Shown here: positions 1-8,430 of the stretch, piece after piece
Position numbering within the stretch: position 1 is the first letter of the stretch
How the letters are laid out: each line of letters starts with the position of its first letter
NCBI GenBank assembly: GCA_963705505.1
Contig: CAVPJU010000003.1
Coordinates: 1-64,000 of the forward strand
From: an uncultured bacterium
GTDB taxonomy: Bacteria > Desulfobacterota_D > UBA1144 > Nemesobacterales > UBA2774
DNA: 64,000 bases
Direction: 5' to 3'
Program-made: the position numbers and the translations under genes
The notes under the pieces: model-generated
Seen by the model: the letters and a program-made list of their open reading frames with translations, nothing else
Database searches by the model: none
Told to the model about the DNA's origin: nothing

Positions 1-30
1 GGCAATTATTGAAAAAACCTACTAACTGTA

Positions 31-885
31 TTACCAGAATTTCCCGTAAAGCTTTTCCGCATTATTCCAGAAAATATCCTCTTTTAATTGTTCCGAGATC
101 TCCGCGCCCTCGATCTTCCAGTACTCAGACGCAAAGTCGCTCCACGGGATGTCGGAGCCGAAAAGAAAGCGGTCTCCGCCGATCCCTCTCTCCTCTATCT
201 CCTTAAGCAGCCATGCCGATCCGAATCCGACCGCCCATGAAGAATCGGTATAGACCTTATAACCTTCTTTTACCAGGTCAAAGAATCTGGGCACGAACTT
301 TATATGACCGCTGACACCGCCGCCCATGTGTACGACATGGATCTTGACCCGCTTGCCGTATTGCTTAATCAGAGCGAGGGCATTATCAATATCCGAACCC
401 CCTCCCGGACTCGTGTGGATATGAAACGGCATATCGTTGTCCGCAGCTGCATCCAGTATCGTATTCCATAGCGCGGCTGATTCCGGGTCCCACTGCGCCG
501 GGTCGAACGTCCCGCCCAGAAGGCAGGTTGTCTTTAATCCCACTAACCCCTTCTCGCCTATTAATTTAAGCGCTTCGGTTGTGCGTTCTTTGTCTTTAGG
601 CAGAGCTGAAACCCAAATGAGCCCAAGCAGGCGGTCGGTCGACTGGACGCTCTCCCCGACGAGCGGGTTTAGCGTAAACGGCTGAGCCGAATCGGGATAG
701 CCGTAGTTGGACATTACAAGAGCACGGCCCACACCGTGGTTGTCCATTCCTTTCAGATACTCAGCGGTCGTTTGATAGTCCGTAGTCGGTTTCACCGCCT
801 GGGGCAGTCCGTAATACGCATATCCCGGTACCGGCCCTATGTGCGAGTGATTATCGAAAACCTTTTTTCTCTTTACTATACTCAT
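31..885 (-). CDS. Amidohydrolase family (Amidohydro_2-like) metal-dependent hydrolase
   Basis: N-terminal DxHxH (DNHSH), HIHT, HMGG and FGSDxPW motifs, C-terminal NAxKLY; RBS AGGAGG upstream. Confidence 0.85.
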   Translation of the reverse strand: MSIVKRKKVFDNHSHIGPVPGYAYYGLPQAVKPTTDYQTTAEYLKGMDNHGVGRALVMSNYGYPDSAQPFTLNPLVGESVQSTDRLLGLIWVSALPKDKERTTEALKLIGEKGLVGLKTTCLLGGTFDPAQWDPESAALWNTILDAAADNDMPFHIHTSPGGGSDIDNALALIKQYGKRVKIHVVHMGGGVSGHIKFVPRFFDLVKEGYKVYTDSSWAVGFGSAWLLKEIEERGIGGDRFLFGSDIPWSDFASEYWKIEGAEISEQLKEDIFWNNAEKLYGKFW

Positions 886-940
886 ATTTACGCCCTCCTT
901 GGGTGTAATATCCTTTTGTAAAAGGTAAAAGCATTTGTTC

Positions 941-1318
941 TCAATGTGTTTGCATACTCTCCCCTACCCGTTTACGCATCGATTTCTCTATAGAGGTAGC
1001 GGATTCGCCCTTTTCCAAACGGCTTTTCACTTCTTTAAAATCGTCACCGTAATCCGCGGATGACTCGCGGGCCGCCTTATTCATAGTGCCAGCCAGCTCC
1101 TTCGAATCATCCTCTTTTGAAATATTTTGTGCAGTTTTAGCTACTTGGGGGCCGGCCGGCCTTTCTTTAATTACCGAGACGCTTGAAAGGATTCTTTCCA
1201 GCTTTTTAGACCCGCATTCAGGACAAATAGCGGCCTCATTTCGGGCATCGGAAAAACTTAAGAAGAATATGCTGACATCTTTTTTACATTCGGGACAGTG
1301 GTATTCATAGATAGGCAT
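941..1318 (-). CDS. FmdB family zinc-ribbon regulatory protein
   Basis: MPIYEYHCPEC...CPECGS...L.R.LS signature. Confidence 0.9.
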   Translation of the reverse strand: MPIYEYHCPECKKDVSIFFLSFSDARNEAAICPECGSKKLERILSSVSVIKERPAGPQVAKTAQNISKEDDSKELAGTMNKAARESSADYGDDFKEVKSRLEKGESATSIEKSMRKRVGESMQTH

Positions 1319-1325
1319 TCGGATT

Positions 1326-1356
1326 TCCTATAGTTTATATTTTATATATTCTAGGA
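1326..1356. promoter_or_regulatory. Palindromic operator candidate, copy 2
   Basis: tcctatagtttatattttatatattctagga matches the reverse complement of 1549-1579 at 23/31 positions; overlaps the -10 and start region of the leftward promoter. Confidence 0.55.
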
Positions 1357-1376
1357 AATATTACCCTGATAGTCAA
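1348..1376 (-). promoter_or_regulatory. sigma70-type promoter for fmdB-like/amidohydrolase genes
   Basis: Minus strand TTGACT (1376-1371), 17-nt spacer, TAGAAT (1353-1348). Confidence 0.7.
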
Positions 1377-1537
1377 CATTAATTTTGAATACGGTGCGAA
1401 CGACTGATCCCATTATAAATAACGATCCGCAGTCATTATGTTTTTTGCTGCCCGACCGAATGCGCCCCTGAATATGAATAATGTTTCTTAGCCGATTAAT
1501 CCCTGTTTTCCGATGCAGAAAGACCGCGAAAAATCGC

Positions 1538-1566
1538 TTGACTTCGTTTACTAAAGTTGATAAAAT
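1538..1566 (+). promoter_or_regulatory. sigma70-type promoter for the GNAT-AIRS-XRE-allG-allF-CK operon
   Basis: TTGACT (1538-1543), 17 nt, TAAAAT (1561-1566). Confidence 0.7.
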
Positions 1567-1579
1567 ATCAAGTATAGTA
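1549..1579. promoter_or_regulatory. Palindromic operator candidate, copy 1
   Basis: tactaaagttgata-aaa-tatcaagtatagta; arms are complementary at 12/14 positions; overlaps the -10 element. Confidence 0.6.
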
Positions 1580-1601
1580 GACGGTCCCCAGTGAAGGTCT
1601 G

Positions 1602-2063
1602 TTGGAAAAGTTGATTTTTAAAATTGCCGAAGATGAGAAGGAACTGGATGATTATTTTCGTCTGCGCCACGATGTATTCGTCAAAGAGCAGAAGATTTTT
1701 AGCGAAACAGATATCGACAAATATGACACCGATCCTTTTCATAAGGTCATACATATAGTCTCGGTAAAGGTTCCGGACCGTGAGGTAGTAGGCGCAGTCA
1801 GGTGTTATAGAAAAGAGGGTGATACCTGGGTTGGCGGTCGTCTGAGTGTCGCACCCGGCTATCGTCACGGACGTGTCGGCGCAGGACTTGTAAAATTTGC
1901 GGTACAGACTATGAAATCGGGTGAATGCAAAAAATTTCTGGCCTATGTTCAGCCTCAAAATGTGAGATTTTTCATAAGGTTAGGCTGGACGCCGATAGGC
2001 GAGCCTGAAGTGTATCACGGCTTCCCTCACCAATTGATGGAAGCTGATCTGGATTCCGACTGA
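1602..2063 (+). CDS. MSMEG_0567/Sll0786-family GNAT N-acetyltransferase (NitE-like)
   Basis: LRHDVFVKEQKIF, W.GGRL.V...YR, AYVQPQNVRFF.RLGW, PHQLMEADL; TTG start. Confidence 0.85.
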   Translation: MEKLIFKIAEDEKELDDYFRLRHDVFVKEQKIFSETDIDKYDTDPFHKVIHIVSVKVPDREVVGAVRCYRKEGDTWVGGRLSVAPGYRHGRVGAGLVKFAVQTMKSGECKKFLAYVQPQNVRFFIRLGWTPIGEPEVYHGFPHQLMEADLDSD

Positions 2064-2072
2064 GGGGAGATT

Positions 2073-3059
2073 ATGCAGGAGTTAATTCAAAGCCTACAGT
2101 CCTCCGCAAGATTATTTCAGAAACAGGCGATAAGAGACGTCTGGAACTATTTCCCGAAAAATTGCCAGATAGACGGAAACGAAATATTACTAGGCGATGA
2201 TGCGGCAGCTATAAAATCCGAAGACGGTTACCTGCTCCTCGCGGCCGAGGGGGTATATCAGCCCCTCTTAGAATCCGATCCGTATCTCGCGGGACGTACA
2301 TCCGTTCTCACCAACGTAAATGACATCTATGCCATGGGCGGACGCCCGGTAGCCATCATAGACGTTCTTTTTTCCAGTGACTCGGAAAACGCAAACGAGG
2401 CTCTCCGCGGCATCAGAGACAATGCCGCACGCTATAACGTGCCCGTGGTCGGAGGACACATATCCCAGGATGCAGAATGCCCGTCACTCTCCGTGTTTAT
2501 ACTCGGCAAAGCAAAAAAGCTGCTCACCAGCTTCAGCGCTCATGCGGGAGACGATCTGGTCTTTATATGTAATCTAAAAGGGAGATTCATTTCGGGATTC
2601 AACTTCTGGGATTCCTCAAGCATGCTCGAAGGCAGTGAAGCAATAAAGCAATTAGAGGCGATTTCCGAGACCGCCGAGGACGGGACAGCCGATACCGCCA
2701 AGGACGTAAGCATGGCGGGTCTTATCGGTTCCATCCTTATGCTTCTAGAAAGCTCCGGTAAGGGAGCGGTAATCAACATAGACACCATACCCAGGCCATT
2801 TGAGGTTCCTTTAAGCGAATGGCTGCTCACGTTCCTTAGTTTCGGATTCATCCTGTCACTCAGGCCCGATAAAACATCCATAGTTAAAGACAAATTCCAC
2901 AAAATGAACCTCTCATGCGAGCGTATAGGAACGGTAACGACGGAGAAAAATGTTTTTTTTATCAATAACGAATCTGATAAAGAGCTCTTTTGGGATTTCA
3001 ATAAAAAAACATTAATAGGTCTTAATGGAACTATCTCGACACAGGTGGGTAATGAATAA
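2073..3059 (+). CDS. Sll0787-family AIR synthase-like protein (PurM/SelD/HypE superfamily; NitF-like)
   Basis: GDDAAAI, LLLAAEG, NVNDIYAMGGRP, VPVVGGH, KDVSMAGLIG motifs. Confidence 0.85.
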   Translation: MQELIQSLQSSARLFQKQAIRDVWNYFPKNCQIDGNEILLGDDAAAIKSEDGYLLLAAEGVYQPLLESDPYLAGRTSVLTNVNDIYAMGGRPVAIIDVLFSSDSENANEALRGIRDNAARYNVPVVGGHISQDAECPSLSVFILGKAKKLLTSFSAHAGDDLVFICNLKGRFISGFNFWDSSSMLEGSEAIKQLEAISETAEDGTADTAKDVSMAGLIGSILMLLESSGKGAVINIDTIPRPFEVPLSEWLLTFLSFGFILSLRPDKTSIVKDKFHKMNLSCERIGTVTTEKNVFFINNESDKELFWDFNKKTLIGLNGTISTQVGNE

Positions 3060-3639
3060 AGAGAAAAACCAGATTGATCACATAGTTTCCAAGCTGGGAG
3101 AGAAAATAAAGGCGCTTCGAACTGAAAAAAATATGTCTCTGAAAGACCTTTCGGGAAGGTCGGGCATATCCGCAGCGGCAATTCATAAGATAGAGTCAAA
3201 CGGCATCATACCAACCATCACTACAATGATGAAAATCTCGGACGCACTCGGGAAGAAGGTCAGCCATTTCATCGAGGAAGAACTTGAGGACAAAGACGTC
3301 GTTTTGGTACCTTCCAGCAAGAGAGAGCCGATACTGACGTTTAAAAAAGGACTCGATTTAAAAGCTATATCGGCAAAAAAGTACGGAGACTTTATTATGA
3401 CCGCTGCGTATGCGGTGGTCGGTATAGGGGCATCGAGCGGCAGAGAAGCCATGAAGCACGCAGGCGAAGAATTAGTCTACTGCCTGACAGGCAAGGTTGA
3501 ATTCAAAGTTCTGGATAAATCTTATGTTCTCGGTCCGGGAGACAGCCTCCATTTCAGGACGCATCTGAATCATAAGTGGAAGAATTTAGGCGATACGCAG
3601 GCGAAATTGCTATGGATACTCGCAGTGCCGCCCTCTTGA
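3052..3639 (+). CDS. XRE-family HTH transcriptional regulator with C-terminal cupin domain
   Basis: LGEKIKALR...SLKDLS...IHKIE HTH and H.GEE.VY...GDSLHF...H.W.N cupin; ATG at 3052 overlaps the upstream stop region. Confidence 0.9.
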   Translation: MNKEKNQIDHIVSKLGEKIKALRTEKNMSLKDLSGRSGISAAAIHKIESNGIIPTITTMMKISDALGKKVSHFIEEELEDKDVVLVPSSKREPILTFKKGLDLKAISAKKYGDFIMTAAYAVVGIGASSGREAMKHAGEELVYCLTGKVEFKVLDKSYVLGPGDSLHFRTHLNHKWKNLGDTQAKLLWILAVPPS

Positions 3640-3660
3640 AACGATCAGAGAAGAGAGCCA

Positions 3661-4956
3661 GTGGCCGGAGCTAAATTGAAAGGACATAGAGTCAAATATA
3701 TAGCTGAGCTTATTAATGAAGCAAACGCTCTGGCCATAGAGAGAATATTATCCGCGGAACCTGTTCTTGCCGGTGTCGATACCGCGCTCAACGTAATCCC
3801 CGGCATGACCCCAAATACAATACTTCATTCGGGACCTCCGATCGATTGGGAATCCATGTGTGATCCCATGAAAAGAGCGGTAAGGGGAGCTTTAATATTT
3901 GAAAATCTCGCGCGGGACGAAAGTGAAGCGGAAAAGCTGATGAGATCAAAAAAAATAAAGCTATCGCCGAATCATCATCACGACTCGGTAGGCCCCATGA
4001 CGGGAATCATTTCCCCTTCGATGCCTGTAATTATCACGAAGAATTTGACCGGCGGTAAACGAGCGTACTCCACATTTAATGAGGGCGGGGGCAAAGTCCT
4101 TTGGTTCGGAGCGGTCGAGGAAGAAACGATCAAAAGGCTCAGGTTCATAAGAGATAATTTCGCTCCGGTAATGAAAGAAGTAATCGCGAATACCGGCGGT
4201 ATTCCGATCTGGAGTATCCTGGCTCAGGGTATTCAGATGGGGGATGAATGTCATAACCGCCATGCCGCTTCGACGAACCTGTTTTTGAAAACCATAACCG
4301 AGCCTCTTTTTTCTCTTCAGCTGCCACGAGAACAATCTATACAGGCCTACAGGTTTATTGCCGGAAACAGCCACTTCTTCCTGAATATCACGATGACGGC
4401 CTGCAAGCTGGCCATGGATGCCGCAAGAGATATAGAAAATTCCACATTAGTTACGGCGATGTCCAGAAACGGCACGGAATTCGGAGTTAGGGTGAGCGGC
4501 CTCGGTGACAGCTGGTTTACAGCTCCCGCCCCATACCTGCTCGACGCGCTTTACAATCCGGGCTACGGCGCCCGGGACGGCGCCCCCGACATAGGCGACA
4601 GCTCCATTATCGAAACAATGGGACTCGGCGGATTCGCCATCGCGGCGGCTCCTTCCATGGCTTCATTTGCGGGAGGAGGATTCCAGGAATCCGTAAACAT
4701 AACTAAAGAGATGGGGCAAATCACATCGGCGAAAAATTCCAAGTTCGGCATACCGTCTCTGGACTTTGAAGGAACCCCTACGGGAATAGATATAAGGAAA
4801 GTTGTCGAGACCGGAATCCTGCCCAGCATAAACAGCGCGGTTGTGCACAAGAGCTCGGGCGCCGGGCAGATCGGAGCAGGAATCGTGCACGCGCCTTACG
4901 AGTGTTTTACGAATGCGCTAAGGGCTTTCGGAGAAAATTACCATCTGGCCGCTTAG
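3661..4956 (+). CDS. DUF1116/YlbE/YahG family protein (AllG-like carbamoyltransferase subunit)
   Basis: ILHSGPP, VGPMTGIISPSM, NEG, MGDECHNRH, NSHFFLN, RNGTEFG, PDIGDSSI.E..GLGG, GQIGAG. Confidence 0.9.
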   Translation: MAGAKLKGHRVKYIAELINEANALAIERILSAEPVLAGVDTALNVIPGMTPNTILHSGPPIDWESMCDPMKRAVRGALIFENLARDESEAEKLMRSKKIKLSPNHHHDSVGPMTGIISPSMPVIITKNLTGGKRAYSTFNEGGGKVLWFGAVEEETIKRLRFIRDNFAPVMKEVIANTGGIPIWSILAQGIQMGDECHNRHAASTNLFLKTITEPLFSLQLPREQSIQAYRFIAGNSHFFLNITMTACKLAMDAARDIENSTLVTAMSRNGTEFGVRVSGLGDSWFTAPAPYLLDALYNPGYGARDGAPDIGDSSIIETMGLGGFAIAAAPSMASFAGGGFQESVNITKEMGQITSAKNSKFGIPSLDFEGTPTGIDIRKVVETGILPSINSAVVHKSSGAGQIGAGIVHAPYECFTNALRAFGENYHLAA

Positions 4957-5003
4957 TAAGAGGAGATTGCAAAGCGTTCGATCAAGATAAGGGTTTAAAG
5001 CTA

Positions 5004-6557
5004 ATGGCAACTGTAAACACGGTTAAAAAAAATCATTATCAGGATTCAATGAAGCTCATGCAGATCAGCCAGAAGCTTTCTGCCATTCCCGGCGTAAAAA
5101 AGGCCTCGGCAATCATGGCGACCGAAGCGAATTTAGGCATGCTCAAAGAAGCCGGGTTAATTGAAGAGATTCCGGAATCGGCTACGGCTAATGATCTGAT
5201 TGTCGCAGTCCAGGCCGACTCCGAGGAAATAGGCAAGGACGCAATGAAGCGGCTGGATTCGCTGCTCACGCCGGAGGAGCCCGGCTCCGGATCAAAGAAA
5301 CGGTACAAAAACCTGGATTCCGCTTACGGTGCCATACCGGGAGCTAATCTTGCTGTCGTTTCCGTACCCGGAATGTTCGCCAAGCTCGAAGTCGCGAAAG
5401 CCATCGAGAAAGGGCTGCATACATTTCTATTCAGCGACAATCTGACGATTGAGGAAGAAATAGAGCTGAAGGAACGGGCGAGGGAAAAGGGATTATTGGT
5501 AATGGGGCCGGGGTGCGGCACAGCCGTAGTAAATGGCGTAGGGCTCGGATTCTCAAACGTTTTAAACCGCGGCCCGATAGGAGTAGTCGCAGCATCCGGA
5601 ACTGGTCTTCAGGAAGTTACCTGTCTCATCAATAATTCGGGATCGGGCATATCACACGCAATCGGAGTCGGCGGCAGAGATTTATCGGAAGAAGTAGGCG
5701 GCATAATGACACTCGAAGCGCTGGGCCTGCTTGAAAAGGACGATAATACAGAACTGCTCGTTCTCATATCGAAACCTCCTTCAACGAATGTAGCGGAGAA
5801 AATTCTGAATACGATCAATCGCTCGAAGAAGCCCGCGGTAATTTGTTTTCTGGGCAGTGAAATAAAGGAGGGAAACGGGAGATTGCTCTTCGCTTCCACG
5901 CTTGAAGCCGCGGCTCTCGGCGCATTAAGGTTAGCCCAAAGGAACGGTAAACAGTCGGGTATAAACGTCAACTGGAAAAAAGAGGCGGATAAACACATTA
6001 AATCCCTGGGTCCCGGGCAGCGATATCTTCGCGGATTATTCTCGGGCGGCACCCTCTGCTACGAGGCTCAGCAGGTTCTTAAGCCGATTCTGGGCAATAT
6101 CTATTCGAACGCTCCGCTTAACAAAGATTACAAGCTTAAGGATTCTCATCGGAGCGAGCGCCATACGTGCCTGGATTTGGGGGAAGAAGAGTACACCGTG
6201 GGACGCCCGCACCCGATGATAGACGCATATTTGAGGAGCGAGAGGCTGATATACGAGGCAGCCAGGTCCGATGTGGCCGTGATACTGTTTGACATAGTCC
6301 TGGGATATGTTGCGAGTCCGGATCCGGCGGGCGACCTTTTACCCGCCATAAAAGAGGCAAAAAAAGCGGCAATGAAAAAAGGGCGCAAGCTCGCATTTGT
6401 CTCTCACGTCTGCGGTACGGAGAAAGATCCGCAGGGTCTCAACGAACAGGAAGAAAAGCTGAGGGCGGAAGGAGTTATGGTGCTTCCTACAAACGCCCTT
6501 GCCTCAAGAGCCGCGGGATGGATCGCGGCCAGGGGTAAGATAGAAATTGGAATCTAA
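5004..6557 (+). CDS. fdrA: Acyl-CoA synthetase-like FdrA (AllF-like carbamoyltransferase subunit)
   Basis: YQDSMKLM, SVPG.FA, FSDN, LLVMGPGCGT, ASGTGLQE, GVGGRDLS, SKPP, GLFSGGTLCYE, GRPHPMID, VCGTEKDPQ; start at ATG 5004. Confidence 0.9.
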   Translation: MATVNTVKKNHYQDSMKLMQISQKLSAIPGVKKASAIMATEANLGMLKEAGLIEEIPESATANDLIVAVQADSEEIGKDAMKRLDSLLTPEEPGSGSKKRYKNLDSAYGAIPGANLAVVSVPGMFAKLEVAKAIEKGLHTFLFSDNLTIEEEIELKERAREKGLLVMGPGCGTAVVNGVGLGFSNVLNRGPIGVVAASGTGLQEVTCLINNSGSGISHAIGVGGRDLSEEVGGIMTLEALGLLEKDDNTELLVLISKPPSTNVAEKILNTINRSKKPAVICFLGSEIKEGNGRLLFASTLEAAALGALRLAQRNGKQSGINVNWKKEADKHIKSLGPGQRYLRGLFSGGTLCYEAQQVLKPILGNIYSNAPLNKDYKLKDSHRSERHTCLDLGEEEYTVGRPHPMIDAYLRSERLIYEAARSDVAVILFDIVLGYVASPDPAGDLLPAIKEAKKAAMKKGRKLAFVSHVCGTEKDPQGLNEQEEKLRAEGVMVLPTNALASRAAGWIAARGKIEIGI

Positions 6558-6570
6558 GGGAGAGAGAAAC

Positions 6571-7509
6571 ATGAAAGCGGCAGTTGTGGCGTTCGGAGGA
6601 AATGCTCTTATGGGTCATACAGGCAAGAGCACGTATACCGAGCAGATACTTAAAACGGATGAGATGTGCAGGAAGATCATTGCACTATTCGATATGGGTT
6701 ACAAGATTGTAATTACACATGGGAACGGTCCGCAGGTGGGAAATTTTTTAATGCAGCAGGAATCTCTGTCCTCAACAATCCCGCCCATGCCTCTAGACGT
6801 ATGCAACGCCATGACCCAGGGGCAGATCGGTTACATGATAGAGCAAAGGCTGAAAAACATTTTCATTCAAAAGCAGATCAACCGATCCGTTGTGGCATTC
6901 ATCACACAGGTCGTGGTTTCGGAGAACGACCCCGCATTTAAGAATCCTACAAAATTTATAGGCCCTTTTTTCAGCAAAGAGGAAATGAAGGTGCTTCAAA
7001 AAAGAGAGGGCTGGGTGATGAAAGAAGACTCCGGAAGGGGATACAGGCGTATAGTCCCCTCGCCCAGACCGATTGATATAGTCGAAAAAAACGAGATAAC
7101 AAAGATGGCCAGCAATAATTATGTGGTTATTGCGTGCGGCGGCGGGGGCATCCCGGTAATACGGGATAAAAGGGGTGTGCTTAAGGGGGTGGCCGCGGTT
7201 ATCGACAAGGATTTCGCCGCACAGAGACTTGCGAGCCTCATTAACGCGGAAATTCTCCTGTTAATTACACCCGTAGACAAAGTTGCCATCCATTACGGGA
7301 CACCCAAGGAGAAAAGCCTCTCGAAAATGACTCTGGAAGAGGCCGAGCACTACTTTGCCGAGGGACATTTCCCCCCGGGCAGCATGGGACCAAAGATTGA
7401 AGCTGCAATAAATTTTCTGCGTTCAGGCGGAAAGAAAACAATAATAACTTCGCTCGAGAGCATTGAAGAGGCGCTCAATGGCGAAGGGGGGACGGAAATA
7501 GTTCACTGA
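6571..7509 (+). CDS. arcC: Carbamate kinase (ArcC/AllK family)
   Basis: AFGGNAL, THGNGPQVG, NPTKFIGP, RRIVPSP, CGGGGIPV, VIDKD, FPPGSMGPKIEAA. Confidence 0.95.
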   Translation: MKAAVVAFGGNALMGHTGKSTYTEQILKTDEMCRKIIALFDMGYKIVITHGNGPQVGNFLMQQESLSSTIPPMPLDVCNAMTQGQIGYMIEQRLKNIFIQKQINRSVVAFITQVVVSENDPAFKNPTKFIGPFFSKEEMKVLQKREGWVMKEDSGRGYRRIVPSPRPIDIVEKNEITKMASNNYVVIACGGGGIPVIRDKRGVLKGVAAVIDKDFAAQRLASLINAEILLLITPVDKVAIHYGTPKEKSLSKMTLEEAEHYFAEGHFPPGSMGPKIEAAINFLRSGGKKTIITSLESIEEALNGEGGTEIVH

Positions 7510-7587
7510 GCTGTTGTAAAAAAGCACTGATGAGATAAGCACGGATGAGCGGTCTTTGATAATACGGGTTCGGGAGTGAATATAAGA

Positions 7588-7616
7588 TTGAATTTACTTG
7601 TTATATATAATATCAT
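7588..7616 (+). promoter_or_regulatory. sigma70-type promoter candidate for the second operon, followed by a ~190-nt structured leader
   Basis: TTGAAT (7588-7593), 17 nt, TATCAT (7611-7616). Confidence 0.5.
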
Positions 7617-7808
7617 GAGGACAGATGGGTTTCCCGGAACGGGACTACGAAACCGGGGTAATAGATACGTTCTTTTCACCATTCGAAGTAGAAAAGAAAA
7701 TCCCGGCGGTATCGGAAATGTACAAAAATTTCCAACGATAACAAGAATATCCGGCCATTAATTTGTCCGGGTCCTGAAAACCAAATAAACTACAGGAGGT
7801 AAGTAATC

Positions 7809-8300
7809 ATGGCAGTAGATAGAGTTAAAGCGGATAGGCCCACTAAGGGAAAGGCATTGGTCAATTACGAGGAAAAGCTTTACCCCGACCATAAAGCCAA
7901 AGAGGGTGAAAAGGCTCTTTTCCTGATACACTCGGTTCCTTATGAAGGTTCAGTTGCGGGCATCAACATGCTCACAGCTATCAGAACCAAGAAAAAAGGG
8001 TACGACACGACCGTTCTTTTCTACGGTCCTGCTTCAGGAATACCCGTATACAGGGGATGGCCGAATGTAGGAGACGACGGCTACGGAGCGGGAATCCAGC
8101 TGTATCCTAATCTTGTTAACAGGATGCTCAGCGAGGGAATTAAAGTACTGGCTTGCCGCTTTTCCGCAGCGGCGCTGCTCGGACAGAATGAATCGAACTT
8201 TCTCGAAGGAGTAATACCGATTCATCCGACCGACATACTGGATATCGTGATCGAGCATCACAGAGCCGGCGCTATGATGTTTAGCACCTGGACTGTCTGA
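7809..8300 (+). CDS. MSMEG_0572/Sll0783-family DsrE-like nitrogen-starvation response protein (NitB-like)
   Basis: LVNYEEKLYPD.KA..GEKAL, HSVPYEGSV, RGWP.VGD, ACRFS, C-terminal TWTV; strong RBS AGGAGG. Confidence 0.88.
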   Translation: MAVDRVKADRPTKGKALVNYEEKLYPDHKAKEGEKALFLIHSVPYEGSVAGINMLTAIRTKKKGYDTTVLFYGPASGIPVYRGWPNVGDDGYGAGIQLYPNLVNRMLSEGIKVLACRFSAAALLGQNESNFLEGVIPIHPTDILDIVIEHHRAGAMMFSTWTV

Positions 8301-8328
8301 TACTCTTTATATCTCTTAATAAAGAGTA
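8301..8328 (+). terminator. Stem-loop immediately after the DsrE-like gene (attenuator or mRNA-stabilising hairpin)
   Basis: tactctttat/ataaagagta perfect 10-bp stem; no U-tract. Confidence 0.35.
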
Positions 8329-8430
8329 AGAGCGATCCGGGGCATTAATACGGCAGTACGAAAGTTTGTCTGATAGATAAGCTGTGGGAAGATTGTTGTG
8401 TAAATAAAATGCTAGTGCCAGGGGGCTAAA

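Noticed and set aside
2073..3059. SelD/selenium system suggested by the AIRS-like fold
   Set aside because: No N-terminal Cys/Sec-x-x-Lys motif and no in-frame TGA read-through candidates seen in cluster genes
4902..5003. ORF-track N-terminal extensions (fdrA from 4902; also 3025, 6547, 28352, 42117, 43183, 50515)
   Set aside because: They overlap upstream genes or lack an RBS; family homology begins at the downstream ATG
7592..7625. Possible third copy of the XRE operator at the second promoter (ata-taa-tatca core)
   Set aside because: Only the central core matches; the arms are poor and the region is AT-rich
7621..7800. Possible guanidine riboswitch in the leader of the nitrogen cluster
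   Set aside because: No ykkC, twin ACGR-loop or ykkC-III consensus found by eye; kept only as an unassigned structured leader
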